The notes: a model not told the origin generated them from the letters alone. Shown: positions 12,041 through 24,298, numbered from the stretch's first letter. The stretch is DNA of 64,000 bases from Haliotis cracherodii (GCF_022045235.1 NW_027266279.1:10230001-10294000), one strand, 5' to 3'. Numbers and translations: made by a program.

Positions 12041-15000
12041 TACACACAGATACACAGACCCACTCTCACACAGCGAGCCGAGATGCCACAAGGATTGCTA
12101 AAAGTAAGGAAACATCAAGTAAGGAAAAGGTCTTCAGCAATCCATGCTTGTCACAACATGCGACTATGCTAGTAAGAGGCGACTAACGGGATCGGGTGGT
12201 CAGACTCGCTGTGTGGGTGAAGCATGTCATCACTAGATTGTCTGGTCCAGACTCCATTATTTACAGACTGCCGTCATACAGCTGGTATATTGCTGAGTGC
12301 GGCGTTAAACAACAAACAATCAAACAATCAATTTTAACTCGTTAATTCACTCCCTCACACGTGGTGACAATACGTCCTTGAGACACATACCTGGCCAATA
12401 TTGTCTACGATGTGAATTGTGAACGCGCGGCCGGAGCCACAGCACTGTCTCATGAACGTTCCGCTTTCTGAAACATGAATAAGCTTTTAGGATAATTCCT
12501 CGCTGGAGTGGGAGCCTCCGAAGATCAATCAATCTTATCTGATCTGATATCGTGTGTAAGTTTACCCAGCATTTCACAACCACCCTTTATCATTGAGGCA
12601 AGCCTACCCAAGTCAACAAAACCTCAATGTCACGTTTCTCTGATGTAGTATTCCTTTGCACATGCGATGTTCGACATGTTCACTGTAAAAATTTATTCCT
12701 TCGGTGTAAATGGTTACTAAATGGTCTAAAGACAAGATTGAAAATTGTTTAAATATGTGATAAAACACCGTGAATGTGTACGCGCCAGTATTATTTGCCA
12801 TGACCATTATGACTGACATTGCGGGTGGTTATTATTCGGATTTAACTGTATGATTTCTTAAGTACTTGAGTATTTCTTGTTTATACAATTAAAGTGGGAA
12901 TTGGTGCCCCAGTCGTCTAAGCCTTACGTCTCATAAGTGTGCCAGACATTTATGATCGTGGGTTCGAATCCACTACGCCCTGATAACATCACAGTTAGAC
13001 CCGTTAAGATTACGGGGTAGAATAGGTCTTCAGCAACCCATGCTTGCCATAAAATGCGACTATGCTTGTCGTAAGAGGCGACTAACGGGATCGGGTGGTC
13101 AGACTCGCTGACTTGGTTAATACATGTCATCGTATCCTAATTGCGTGGATCGATGCTCATGATGTCAATCACTGGATTGTCTGGTCCAGACTCGATTATT
13201 TACAGACCGCCGTCATACAGCTGAAATATTGCTGAGTGCGGCGTAAAACAACAAACAAACAAACAAACTTCTTTCCCCATACACTTAAGCTGACACGCTG
13301 TGATATAACTGAAATGTTGTTCGAAGTGACGTTAAGCCCAACTCACTGACTCATTTGTGACTCCAGCATTAACTATATTGCTTATCTCAGGGTCGGTGGG
13401 GTAACCTAGTGGTTAAAGCGTTCGCTCGTTATGCCGAAGACCCGGGTTCGATTTCCCACATGGCTACAATCTGTGAAGCCCATTTCTGGTGTCTCCCGCC
13501 GTGATTTTGCTGGAATATTGCAAAAGGCGGCGTAAACCTATACTTGCTCACTCACTTACTCTCTGCTGCGTAGTAGCACTGCTGGTTCATTGAGTTCATC
13601 ACGCGGTACTTGTTGTTGCATTCCCACGACAGCAACACTGGAACAAAGAAATTAACAGACGATGTTAGACTTATTCAGGCATGCTTGAAAATACCCTTTA
13701 ATCCGATCCCCGAGCTTGCCCAAACAACAGTTTTGAGAGTTGCCACCCCTTGTTCCCGGTCTGAGAATTTTGAGAGTCATTTCCCATTAATCCCCCTTTC
13801 CTGTGTTTCACCGTGGAGATGCCGGTTAAAATATAGATCCCCAGCAACCTGTATCATTCTTGTCGGAAGGGGGCGGTCGGGTAGCCTAGTGGTTAAAGCG
13901 TTCGCTCGTCACGCCGAAGACCCGAGTTCGATTTTCGACGTGGGTACAATGTGTGAAGCCCATTTCTGGTGTCCCCCGCCGTGATATTGCTGGAATATTG
14001 CTAAAAGCGGCGTGAAACCCCACTCACTCACTCACTCTTGTCGGAAGAGGTGACCAAATGGATCGGGTTGGTCAGGCACGGTGACTTGGTTTCCTACATG
14101 TCATCTATCCCAATTGTGTATCTCATCTAGATGAAATGTAACTGAGCGTTAAACGACAAACAAAACAAAAGAAAGAATTCCGGTCGAGAAAGTTTAGAAT
14201 CTCCGCCCATACTTCACGGCGACTCACCCTAAGAGGTGAGGTGAACTGATGATAGAATCTCTCAGGCGATGAAGCAAATCAGCAAAGTAGGCATCGGCAA
14301 TCGTCCTTTGACTTTCTCAGTTATCAACAAGGATCACACCCTTTGCATCCCAGAATACAGTGGCCATAGCTTTCTTCACTGGGGTGGGGAGGTCGTCTAA
14401 GGCGCCGCGATTCGCTGTGCAGAGTTGCATCCCTTGGCCACGCCAGAAACCTATGATTGTGGGTTCGAATCCCGGTTCGCCCCGATGATGTTTCTAGGTT
14501 TGTCAGCACCATACCCGTGCTCGTGGGTTTCACCGAAGTGGTAAACGTCTGAGACCTGCATCACTTCGGGCTTTCCTCCCACATTAATCTGACACGCCGT
14601 GATATAACTGGAATACTGTTAAAAGCGGCGTTAAAACCAACTCACTCACTCACTCACTCACTTTCTTCACTGAACTGGAAGACTTAACGAAGCGTTCAAG
14701 AATCTATGTGTGTGTGTCTGTATGAATGTCTGTCTCTGTGTGTGTATGTAGGTGTGCGTGCTTCTGTGTCTGTTTGTACTAATAATGGCGGTTTTGTTGT
14801 GCTTGCCTACTGAGACACCATTCCGCAGTTTAACATGAGTACCCTACTCAGACAGCGCAGACCCTTCCATGTTTCATCCCCTAAATACTGAGCGCCATGT
14901 TGGGTAACAAGAAGTACCACATTTTAACGTATTTCGCTTTGACACGGCTGGGGAAATAACCCACCCTCTATGAGGTTGACCTGCTGTTCAATGAGGATCT

Positions 15001-16605
15001 GGTCCAGATGGGACAGGTATTCCAGGCCTGGGGGGCAGTCCTGGATGTGACCCACCGCAGGCATCCATGTCACTGAAACAATAATCTCTCCATCACTACA
15101 CATGGACTATTTCTCATTAATCCAAAGTAAAGAATCAGCGTATATATTTAAGTGTTTAAATTTACGCTAAATATTTATTTTTAAAAGTCAATATTGATCC
15201 ATTGAATTGAATTTGTATAGACTGAATTACCTGATACTATAAACTGCCGGGCAAAAGAGAGTATACAACCATGGTTGTCACTTGTGGTAGATAAAAATGA
15301 AACAAACAAGAAATGTTTTTTCAATGGTGATGTACTCGATGTATGTATCATAGTTGCGTTTTTAGATTTTAAGTTGACAGTGTTTCGACGGGTTTTTTTC
15401 AGCCCGTAACGTTACGATAATGTTTGTAATTTTTGGTCAAATCCAATTTTCAAGTGTATCCTTTCTTTTGCTCGGCAGAAGATGCAGGACCTTGACATTG
15501 GATTCTCCATCAACGACATGTTCATTGTCATTATATAACTACTGAATGAGCTCAAATATCAAGTAGTAATATTTCTAAGTGAATAATTGTTAACGAATAA
15601 GTGGTAATATTTCCAAGTGGACACATCTCAGTGAACAGTTAACCGTAGGCACAGTTTCGCGTGAAGACACCCCAAATTTCCTGCTTGTCCTTTGCCAGGC
15701 CTGGTTGACGGGTAACTGACATAGCGGACCTGAACACACCCTACCATCTTGCTTGTCCTTTGCCAGCCTGGTTGACGGGTGACTGACAATGCCGACCTGA
15801 ACACACCCTACCATCTTGCTTGTCCTTTGCAAGACCTGATTGACGGGTAACTGACAATGCCGACCTGAAGACACCCTACCATCTTGCTTGTCCTTTGCCA
15901 GGCCTGGTTGACGTGTAACTGACATAGCGGACCTGAACACACCCTACCTTCCTGCTTGTCCTTTGCCAGGCCTGGTTGACGGGTGACTGACATAGCGGAC
16001 CTGAACACACCCTACCTTCCTGCTTTTGGTTTGTCTGGCCTGGTTGACGGGTGACTGACATAGCGGACCTGAACACACCCTACCTTCCTGCTTTTGGTTT
16101 GTCTGGCCTGGTTGACGGGTGACTGACAGAGCGGACCTGAACACACCCTACCTTCCTGCTTTTGGTTTGTCTGGCCTGGTTGACGGGTGACTGACAGAGC
16201 GGACCTGAACACACCCTACCTTCCTGCTTTTGGTTTGTCTGGCCTGGTTGACGGGTGACTGACATAGCGGACCTGAACACACCCTACCTTCCTGCTTTTG
16301 GTTTGTCTGGCCTGGTTGACGGGTAACTGACATAGCTGACCTGAACACACCCTACCTTCCTGCTTTTGGTTTGTCTGGCCTGGTTGACGGGTAACTGACA
16401 TAGCCGATCTGAAGACACCCTACCATCTTGCTTGTCTTTTGCAAGACCTGATTGACGGGTAACTGACAAAGCCGACCTGAAGACACCCTACCTTCCTGCT
16501 TGTCCTTTGCAAGACCTGATTGACGGGTGACTGACATAGCGGACCTGAACACACCCTACCTTCCTGCTTTTGATTTGTCGGGCCTGGTTGACGTGTAACT
16601 GACAT
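8404..16605 (-). CDS. PLSCR: Phospholipid scramblase (PLSCR family), 253 aa, 9 coding exons
   Basis: Exons (minus): 16605-16560, 15072-14965, 13637-13560, 12467-12391, 11882-11752, 10851-10731, 9702-9600, 9070-9012, 8442-8404. All GT-AG, phases consistent, total 762 nt. Translation contains WMPAVGHIQDCPPGLEYLSHLDQILIEQQVNLIE, ECNNKYRV, RQCCGSGRAFTIHIVDNIGQEV, CCGGCCWC, KISKQWGGAVREIFTDAEKFSVTFPQDLDVKVKATLMGAVFLIHFMYYE, which match PLSCR-family motifs. In-frame stops lie upstream of the ATG within the exon starting at 16647. Confidence 0.95.
10450..10752. repeat. 56-bp tandem repeat, ~6 copies, spanning the scramblase exon 6 end and donor
   Basis: GGAAACTC anchors at 10456, 10508, 10564, 10620, 10676, 10732. 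Confidence 0.9.
11164..11628. mobile_element. Family D TIR element inserted in an old family C copy
   Basis: Same TIRs and internal sequence as 52152-52681. Confidence 0.85.
11979..12050. repeat. (CA)n/(CGCA)n microsatellite
   Basis: Seen directly. A similar compound microsatellite lies at 17214-17261 and (CA)n at 44099-44132. Confidence 0.9.
13870..14035 (+). mobile_element. tRNA(Asp-like)-derived SINE, family A (~165 bp), representative copy
   Basis: A box TAGCCTAGTGG, B box GTTCGATT, (ACTC)n tail, 12-bp TSD TCTTGTCGGAAG. Other copies: ~7458-7600, 8813-8975, 13389-13556, 25531-25654, 29363-29525(-), 31378-31542, 32419-32584, 32746-33201, 35271-35373(-), 36816-36980, 44645-44806(-), 53600-53687(-). 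Confidence 0.9.
14381..14660 (+). mobile_element. SINE family B
   Basis: TSD CTTTCTTCACT. Confidence 0.85.
15243..15478. mobile_element. Tc1-type MITE
   Basis: Imperfect TIRs CTGCCGGGCAAAAGAGAGTATACA / TGTATCCTTTCTTTTGCTCGGCAG. Confidence 0.6.
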
Positions 16606-16613
16606 AGCGGACC
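15663..16613. repeat. 68-bp minisatellite, ~14 copies, derived from the scramblase start-codon exon plus its donor
   Basis: Period of 68 is visible in the staggered 66-aa ORFs. Unit (minus): gtagggtgtgttcagGTCCGCTATGTCAGTCACCCGTCAACCAGGCCAGACAAACCAAAAGCAGGAAG. Confidence 0.95.
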
Positions 16614-17216
16614 TTGGATTATTCCTCAAGCTCTTCTATCACTCCACCTGAAGTAGGACAAACGAGTGCACAGTTGAAATGTGTGTGTCTTGTACATGCT
16701 GATCACAAACGCGGACTAGGAAAGGACATAAGTTGCAATTAGAAAAACAAGAAATATCTGAAATAAGATAACCGCCGGTATATACATCAGGTGATTTAGG
16801 AGATAAATATACTGACGTTTATGACGTCACAGCCGGATATAGAAAAGCGATTTCAAGATCTCTGTTGTCCTTAAAACTTCAACTAGTCTCTCTAATTAGC
16901 CGATTTCTTTCAAGTTTTCTACCCAAAATGTATTTGGAATAGTGTAGCAAAGGCAACTCTGCATTTTGTAACCAATAATTGTACACAAGAAAGAGAATGT
17001 ATTTGTGTCATTATGGGGAACACAACGTTTCGGAGTATATACTACTATGTAAATTTGCTACGAAATTAGATTGGGGTACATAGGTATTCACTCAGTTTTC
17101 GTGTTAGTAACCTTCTGCACGGGTCTATATAATACTTTTGTTTAGTTTTCACGCCTAACTGGGTTAAGCGATAGGAGTTGGGTGAGGGGAAGGAGCCAGA
17201 CCCAGGGGGGTGAACA

Positions 17217-17260
<44 letters not shown>

Positions 17261-17284
17261 CAAATCGTATTCATCTTTCCTTAG

Positions 17285-19120
17285 CATATCCCTACATCCA
17301 TCTCACTGTCTACGTCAGCCCTCATGGATCCATGCGTATGCTCACACACTCCCTCCCCACAATTTCCCTACATCCATCTCACTGTCTACGTCAGCCCTCA
17401 TGGATCCATGCGTATGCTCACACACTCCCTCCCCATAATTTCCCTACATCCATCTCACTGTCTACGTCAGCCGTCATGGATCCATGCGTATGCTCACACA
17501 CTCCCTCCCCATAATTTCCCTACATCCATCTCACTGTCTACGTCAGCCGTCATGGATCCATGCGTATGCTCACACACTCCCTCCCCATAATTTCCCTACA
17601 TCCATCTCACTGTCTACGTCAGCCGTCATGGATCCATGCGTATGCTCACACACTCCCTCACCACAATCTCCCTACACCCATCTCACTGTCTACGTCAGCG
17701 GTCATGGATCCATGTGTATGCTCACATACTCCCTCCCCACAATTTCCCTACATTCATCACATTCTGTCTAGGTCAGCCCTCGTGGATCCATGCGTATGCT
17801 CACACACTCCCTCCCCACAATTTCCATACATCCATCTCACTGTCTACGTCAGCCGTCATGGATCCATGCGTATGCTCACACACGTCCCTCCCCACAAATT
17901 CCCTACATTCATCACACTATGTCTACGTTAGCCGTCATGGATCCATGCGTATGCTCACATACTCCCTCCCGACAATTTCCCTACATTCATCACACTATGT
18001 CTACGTCAGCCGTCATGGATCCATGCGTATGCTCACACACTCCCTCCCCACAATTTCCCTACATTCATCACACTATGTCTACGTTAGCCGTCATGGATCC
18101 ATGTGTATGCTCACACACTCCCTCACCACAATCTCCCTACATTCATCTCACTGTCTACGTCAGCCCTCGTGGATCCATGCGTATGCTCACATACTCCCTC
18201 CCGACAATTTCCCCACATTTATCTCACTATGTCTACGTCAGCCGTCATAGATCCAAGCGTATGCTCACACACTCCCTCCCCACAATTTCCCTACATTCAT
18301 CACACTATGTCCACGTCAGCCCTCATGGATCCATGCGTATGCTCACACACTCCCTCACCACAATTTCCCTACATTCATCACACTATGTCTACGTCAGCCC
18401 TCATGGATCCATGCGTATGCTCACACACTCCCTCCCCACAATTTCCCTACATTCATCTCACTATGTCTACGTCAGCCGTCATGGATCCATGCGTATGCTC
18501 ACACACTCCCTCACCACAATTCCCTACATTCATCTCACTATGTCTACGTCAGCCCTCATGGATCCATGCGTATGCTCACACACTCCCTCACCACAATTTC
18601 CCTACATTCATCACACTATGTCCACGTCAGCCCTCATGGATCCATGCGTATGCTCACACACTCCCTCACCACAATCTCCCTACATTCATCTCACTATGTC
18701 TACGTCAGCCCTCATAGATCCATGCGTATGCTCACACACTCCCTCCCCACAATTTCCCTACATTCATCACACTATGTCTACGTCAGCCGTCATGGATCCA
18801 TGCGTATGCTCACATACTCCCTCACCACAATTTCCCTACATTCATCGCACTGTCTACGTCAGCCGTCATGGATCCATGCGTATGCTCACATACTCCCTCA
18901 CCACAATTTCCCTACATTCATCTCACTATGTCTACGTCAGCCGTCATGGATCCATGCGTATGCTCACACACTCCCTCCCCACAATTCCCTACATTCATCT
19001 CACTATGTCTACGTCAGCCCTCATGGATCCATGCGTATGCTCACATACTCCCTCCCCACAATTCCCCTACATTCATCACACTATATGACTTTATCCGCCC
19101 TCATGGATCCGTACTCATCC
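17285..19120. repeat. 76/78-bp minisatellite, ~24 copies
   Basis: Unit tttccctacatccatctcactgtctacgtcagccgtcatggatccatgcgtatgctcacacactccctccccacaa. It produces the long low-complexity ORFs at 17.2-19.2 kb. Confidence 0.95.
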
Positions 19121-20135
19121 TTACATACATACACGTCCCTCTCACCATACCTCTACATCGACCCCGCTATATCAACACCAGCCCTGGATCATCCGTGTTC
19201 ATGCTCACTTACACACAATACAGGTAATCTAGCTCTACATTGACCACAGAGTATCTCCACCCAACCGCGACGAATAACACGCGAAATCTTTGGAGTTAGC
19301 GAAGATTGGGTTGAGTCCAAGGTTACTTATGACTGTGTTGAATCGCTTAAAGGAAATACCGATTACAGCCTTTTAACAAAGTATGACGATTTTTATAATA
19401 AAACATCGTTTGTTGGCATGATATAATATAATACCTTACTGTCATATATCACAGGCATTCATGCGTCGAAGCTTCACTGTGGGGAAACGGGTGGATAAAA
19501 CGTTTCAGACATAACGCATAAACACCCGTTGACAGCAACGCTAACGTGTAAATTTGACAAAATGTAATCTGCAAATGGATTGTGTTTAAAATTGACGTTA
19601 TCTTACCAATTAATTCTCTGTATTCCGTCTATCTGGCAAATGGAATGTTGAAAGCCCACTTCCAGTTGACCTCAAATATGAAGCGACGAGTCGCACCCGT
19701 GACGACAGCCAAGTGAACTCGGATAAAAATAGTCTGTAAACGCTCTTGTATTTCCAAGTCAAAGGATTCCGGAAAGAGCCGAGGAATGCAAAGTGACAAC
19801 ACACCGGTTTGGTGTATTCATTCGTGACCAACTCGTGTTATTCCGGGACAAGCCGAAGAGCTTCTTGCCGGTTACGGAAAGGGACGAGTGGTGACGAATG
19901 TGCGCATTCTATTTCAGCTGTATGTTCGCTAACCGTCGCCTTTTCTTCCGCTTGACACGATGAATCCCGACGGGTGCGAATGACGGAGAAGATGACCCAG
20001 AAGCTCGCGCTCGACTCCACCCGCGGTGTGCTCAGGCTTTGATAAACATGACCTAGTTCAGTTCCTGTATTCCGTATTTACCTGTAATGACAGACAAACA
20101 CTACACATGAACAACGACGACAGAGTGAAGTTTAC

Positions 20136-20237
20136 CTCGGCAGTTGATTGAGCCTTGGGGACACAGAACGTTGACGGAGTTAGGTTCAATGTAGAGTCGA
20201 ACAGTATCTCAGTTACAACACGTCCAGCCAGCTAAAT
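20136..20237 (-). other. Probable 5'-UTR exon of the scramblase gene
   Basis: Strong acceptor (gtttttctttcag) and donor (GAG|gtaaac) on the minus strand. The ATG-containing exon begins with an acceptor, so an upstream exon is required. Confidence 0.45.
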
Positions 20238-20277
20238 CTGAAAGAAAAACAGACATTTACGTTTGTTGTTGACGTTT

Positions 20278-20644
20278 ACTACGAAAGCCTAATAGTGCCA
20301 CTTTTGAAACATACATATCTTATTCTTAAATTGAAATTTCTCGAAATTTCATGTACTTTCTCATTACTTCGATTATTGTACAGTAAACTGCGTTTATAAC
20401 GAACTGACGGATATAACGAACCAACTTTTTTGTCCCGACTATTTGTTGTAGTTATGCTGTATATATGCTTATGACGAACTACGGTTATAACGAATTAAAA
20501 ATTAATGGTCGCTTTGAGTTCGTTATAACCGGAGTTTAATGTATTGTTATTCCATTTTAGATCGAACAATAATTAGTTCTTTCTCGTTACTTCGAAATAT
20601 TTCTCGTTAATGCTACCAAAGTGGCACCATTAGGCATTCGTAGT
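20278..20644. mobile_element. MITE with 27-bp TIRs hosting the nested MITE above
   Basis: ACTACGAAAGCCTAATAGTGCCACTTT ... AAAGTGGCACCATTAGGCATTCGTAGT. Confidence 0.75.
20379..20544. mobile_element. pogo/Tc1-type MITE (TA-CAGTAAAC...GTTTAATG-TA)
   Basis: TIRs with repeated TTATAACGAA motifs. Relatives at 27972-28131, 28764-29262 and 36714-37070. Confidence 0.75.
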
Positions 20645-23600
20645 TTACCAATTCGGGGTTAAGTTAGAGCAAATTTGGGATTCAACTCCACGATAAACGG
20701 ATCAGAGCAGCTAAGGGACGCTACTCCGCTCACCTAATCAACTTTACCTGGGTATGGAAAAGAGTGATGCCCATGTGACTGCAATTGTGAGGGAGGCAAT
20801 TTCCATCACCTACTGAAAAACAGGACGCTTAGGGACCATTTAATATTCTAATGTGGAGAGGGGCTGGGCTTTTGTGTGCAGATTGGATATTCTTTTAACT
20901 GCAGTTGCAAAACCAGATGCATTTAAAACAGCCATGAGCCTAAATGAAGCATTGTTATTGCTTTGAAACATTTTCTTGGTTAAAGACGGTGGCAGAATAG
21001 CTCAAGTGCTCGAGAAAACTCAATAGGATCAGGTCGTCGGGCTTTGTGAGTAAGCTGAATGGACAGACAATCCGACATATTTGTATTACAGTCACGCCCC
21101 AATTCAGTACAACACAGTTACATAATAAAATACATGCTTGCCGTAAAAGGCGACTATGCTTGTCGTTAAAGGCGATTAACAGGATCGGGTGGTCAGGCTA
21201 ACTGACTTGGTTGATACATGGAGGGGGGGGGGGTTGTCCATGCCATGTAACCGCTTATACGGCTAGATTTGGGGCATACTTCTCCACACCCAGATAAACA
21301 CACATTGCACGATTCTGTACAACATTAATACACGGCATATTATTCATTTCCCATATACAAGATCCATATTCTAAAACAGACCTTAACATCGTGCCATATG
21401 ACGTTGTAAATGTACGGTGTTGCACATTATATATTTAGATATTTTATATGCAGGATCAGTAAATCAAGCGATCTGCTGGCTGAGGAAGCACCTGCCTTTG
21501 TTATGGGTGTCAAGGCCAGATATTCCGTTAACAATATCCCCAAATAGTGGTAACTTTCCATAATTTCTAAATTGTGCTCACTTTATGTGAATACGCAGTT
21601 CGTCTCCAAGACTGGTTGCGGTCTCAAATGTTTGATCTGTGACTTATTGATATTTACAAATAGTGTTGGCACCAGGCACCGGACCCGTGAAGATCCGGGG
21701 TAGAAAAGGTATTCAGCAATCCATGCTTGCCGTAAAAGGCGACTATGCTTGTCGTAAGATTCGACAAACGGGATCGTGTGGTCAGACTCGCTGACTTGGT
21801 TGACGTCTGTGTCAGCTGTTAATTGTTTTGTAGTGTGTATTACATATTGTTCTCGATATTGTTAAAAGAACAATAATTATTGTCAGCATGTCATCGATCC
21901 CAATTGCGTGGATCGATGCTTATGATGTCAATCACTGGACTGTCTGGTCCATACTCGATTATTTACAGACCGCCGTCATATAGCTTGAATATTGTTGAGT
22001 GCGGTGTTAAACAACAAATAAACAAACTCTACATCTCCTTTAAGACATAATACGTTAGTTATAACAGGGTAATACATTTTTGACATATTTTTGGCGAAAA
22101 TAGCCATTCAAGAAAATAGGATAACTCGTCACCGACATCTTAAAATGAACATTAATCCGTTTTTCGCCCTGTTAGAGGGCTATGTTTGCTAACTACACGT
22201 GTGCATATTTGGTGAGCTTTTATTGACATACCTTATTGGTTGAGCAAGTGAATCAAAGTGTTTACAGAGGGCGTCACGCTGCTATTAATGATTTGGAGGA
22301 CTCTACAAGTTTGCCCGATTACATGTCGCTTACGCGCTGTCGTTATACTGTCAACCACACAGATTAACTTAAAACATATATTATGTTCATATCATAAAGA
22401 AATTGAAACACCATCGGTCAAAGCCTTGGCTCGTCACGCCGAAGACCTGGTCTCGATTCCTTGGTACAACAGCTAAAGTCAATTTGATGTCCATGTCAAA
22501 CACACCCCTCCAATTATAATCCAAAGATTCTAATATTTTTTTCTGTTTATAAACGAATCGTAAATTTATATTATTATTTGGTTGGTTGGTTTGTTGTTTA
22601 ACACCGCACTCAGCAATATATTCCAGCTATATGACGGCGGTCTGTAAATAATCGAGTCTGGACCAGACAATCCAGTGATTGATATCATGAGCATCGATCC
22701 ACGCAATTGGGATCGATGACATGTATCAACCCAGTCAGCTAGCCTGACCACTCGATCCCGTTATTCTCCGTTTACGACAAGCATAGTCACCTTTTACGGC
22801 AAGCATGGGTTGTTGAAGACCTATTCTATTCCGGAATCTTATGTTTGTGGGTTCGAATCCCGGTTCGCCCCGATTATGTTTCTAGGTTTGTCAGCACCAT
22901 ACCCGTGCTCGTGGGTTTCAACGAAGTGGTAAACGTCCGAGACCTGCATCACTTCGGGCTTTCCTCCCACATTAAGCTGACACGCCGTAATATAACTGGA
23001 ATACTGTTAAAAGCAGCGTTGAACCCAACTCACTCACTCACTCACTCACAGACAGTTTCATCTGTAAGTATGAGTTGGCCCATCTGAAGTTGGTCTTTCA
23101 GGAGTCGGAATGTAGCCTCTCGGTTTCTGCTCCAGTGTGGGGCCCGCTTGTCGCCAGCCTCAAGCTGCACTTGTAGTGTTGGTCGTCTGGTCTATCTAGG
23201 GGAATATTAGGAACCCCGCGTGGCATAGATATGGTTTTCTTCTGACGTCTGTGTCAGCTGTTTATAGTTTCATAGTTTTGGAGTGTGTAGTATTGTTCTC
23301 GATATAAAAGAACGATAATTATTGTCAGCATGTCATCGATCCCAATTTCGTGGATCGAAGCTCATGATATCAATCACTGGGTTGTCTGGTCCGGACTCGA
23401 TAATTTACAGACCGGCGTCATATAGCTGGAATATTACTGAGTGCGGCGTTAAACAACACAACCCCACCCCCACCACCCCAAAAAACAAAACACATTTAAT
23501 ATACGATTTTTATCACCATTTTTTTTTTATTTATTTCAAACCAAATTCACGTTCATAAGAAATACAGAAATATATTTTAATAGTGTGTCTCATCAGACAC

Positions 23601-24049
23601 TACAATTTACACTGCACCTAAAACATTTTGTTAAAATATATAATCCTAAATGGTTGTGTTGAGCCGTCATTCACGGTCAATAATTAATCGGACAAGACAG
23701 TTCTTGACCAAGCACTGCAAAGACATCCATGCATGTTTGGTCTTGTTACATCTGTTACAACCATTGAAGCACAATATTAAGCCTCAACGATGGGAAGGAC
23801 TAATACTGAAAATCTCCTTGTGCATTAGACAGGATGCAGGTGATGATGAACGTCAACATCCTTACTCACCAATAAATGTCACACCAATCTAGCATCGCTT
23901 GGTCACTCCCCAAGTTGCGGTGTGATCAAGCACAAACATTTCGTATCCCTAAAACATCAACTGAAATATTTCACTTACCTCGTTTGAATGAAAGCATTTA
24001 AACCACTTGTCATAATAAGGCTTTGTGATGCAATACTAAACATCCATGT

Positions 24050-24240
24050 GACATGATGCAGCAAGTATTTTTAGAAACAAGGTGTTACCAATAACGGCTT
24101 AAGACCCAGGTATCTCACCGGAGAAAAGATTATCTCCACAGGTCCCTCTGCAAGTGCTCTCACCGAAACCACATCCTGTTGACTTTATCGTCTCTCTGTA
24201 GGCTCCACACGGGAAGAGTCTTCGGGTATATATACAAAGC
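24050..24240 (+). promoter_or_regulatory. Conserved proximal promoter of His-rich gene copy 1 (paralogous blocks at ~29960-30130 and ~37280-37460)
   Basis: Alignable across all three copies: GATGCAGCAA..TTTTAGAAACAA, GATTATCTCCA, AAACCACA, TGACT, TATA box. Confidence 0.7.
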
Positions 24241-24298
24241 AACTCGTCTCCTCCTCATCAGTTCTCCTCTCCATTTAAAGGATCACAAGATTTTCACC

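Noticed and set aside
15590-16629. Staggered 66-aa ORFs, and possible CRISPR-like periodicity
   Set aside because: Products of a 68-bp tandem repeat with no unique spacers, in eukaryotic context with no cas genes. Only the MSVTRQPG segment of the first unit is clearly coding.
17182-19243. Long ORFs up to 432 aa
   Set aside because: Translations of the 76/78-bp satellite, open in several frames, on the strand opposite the host gene; no splice or domain support.
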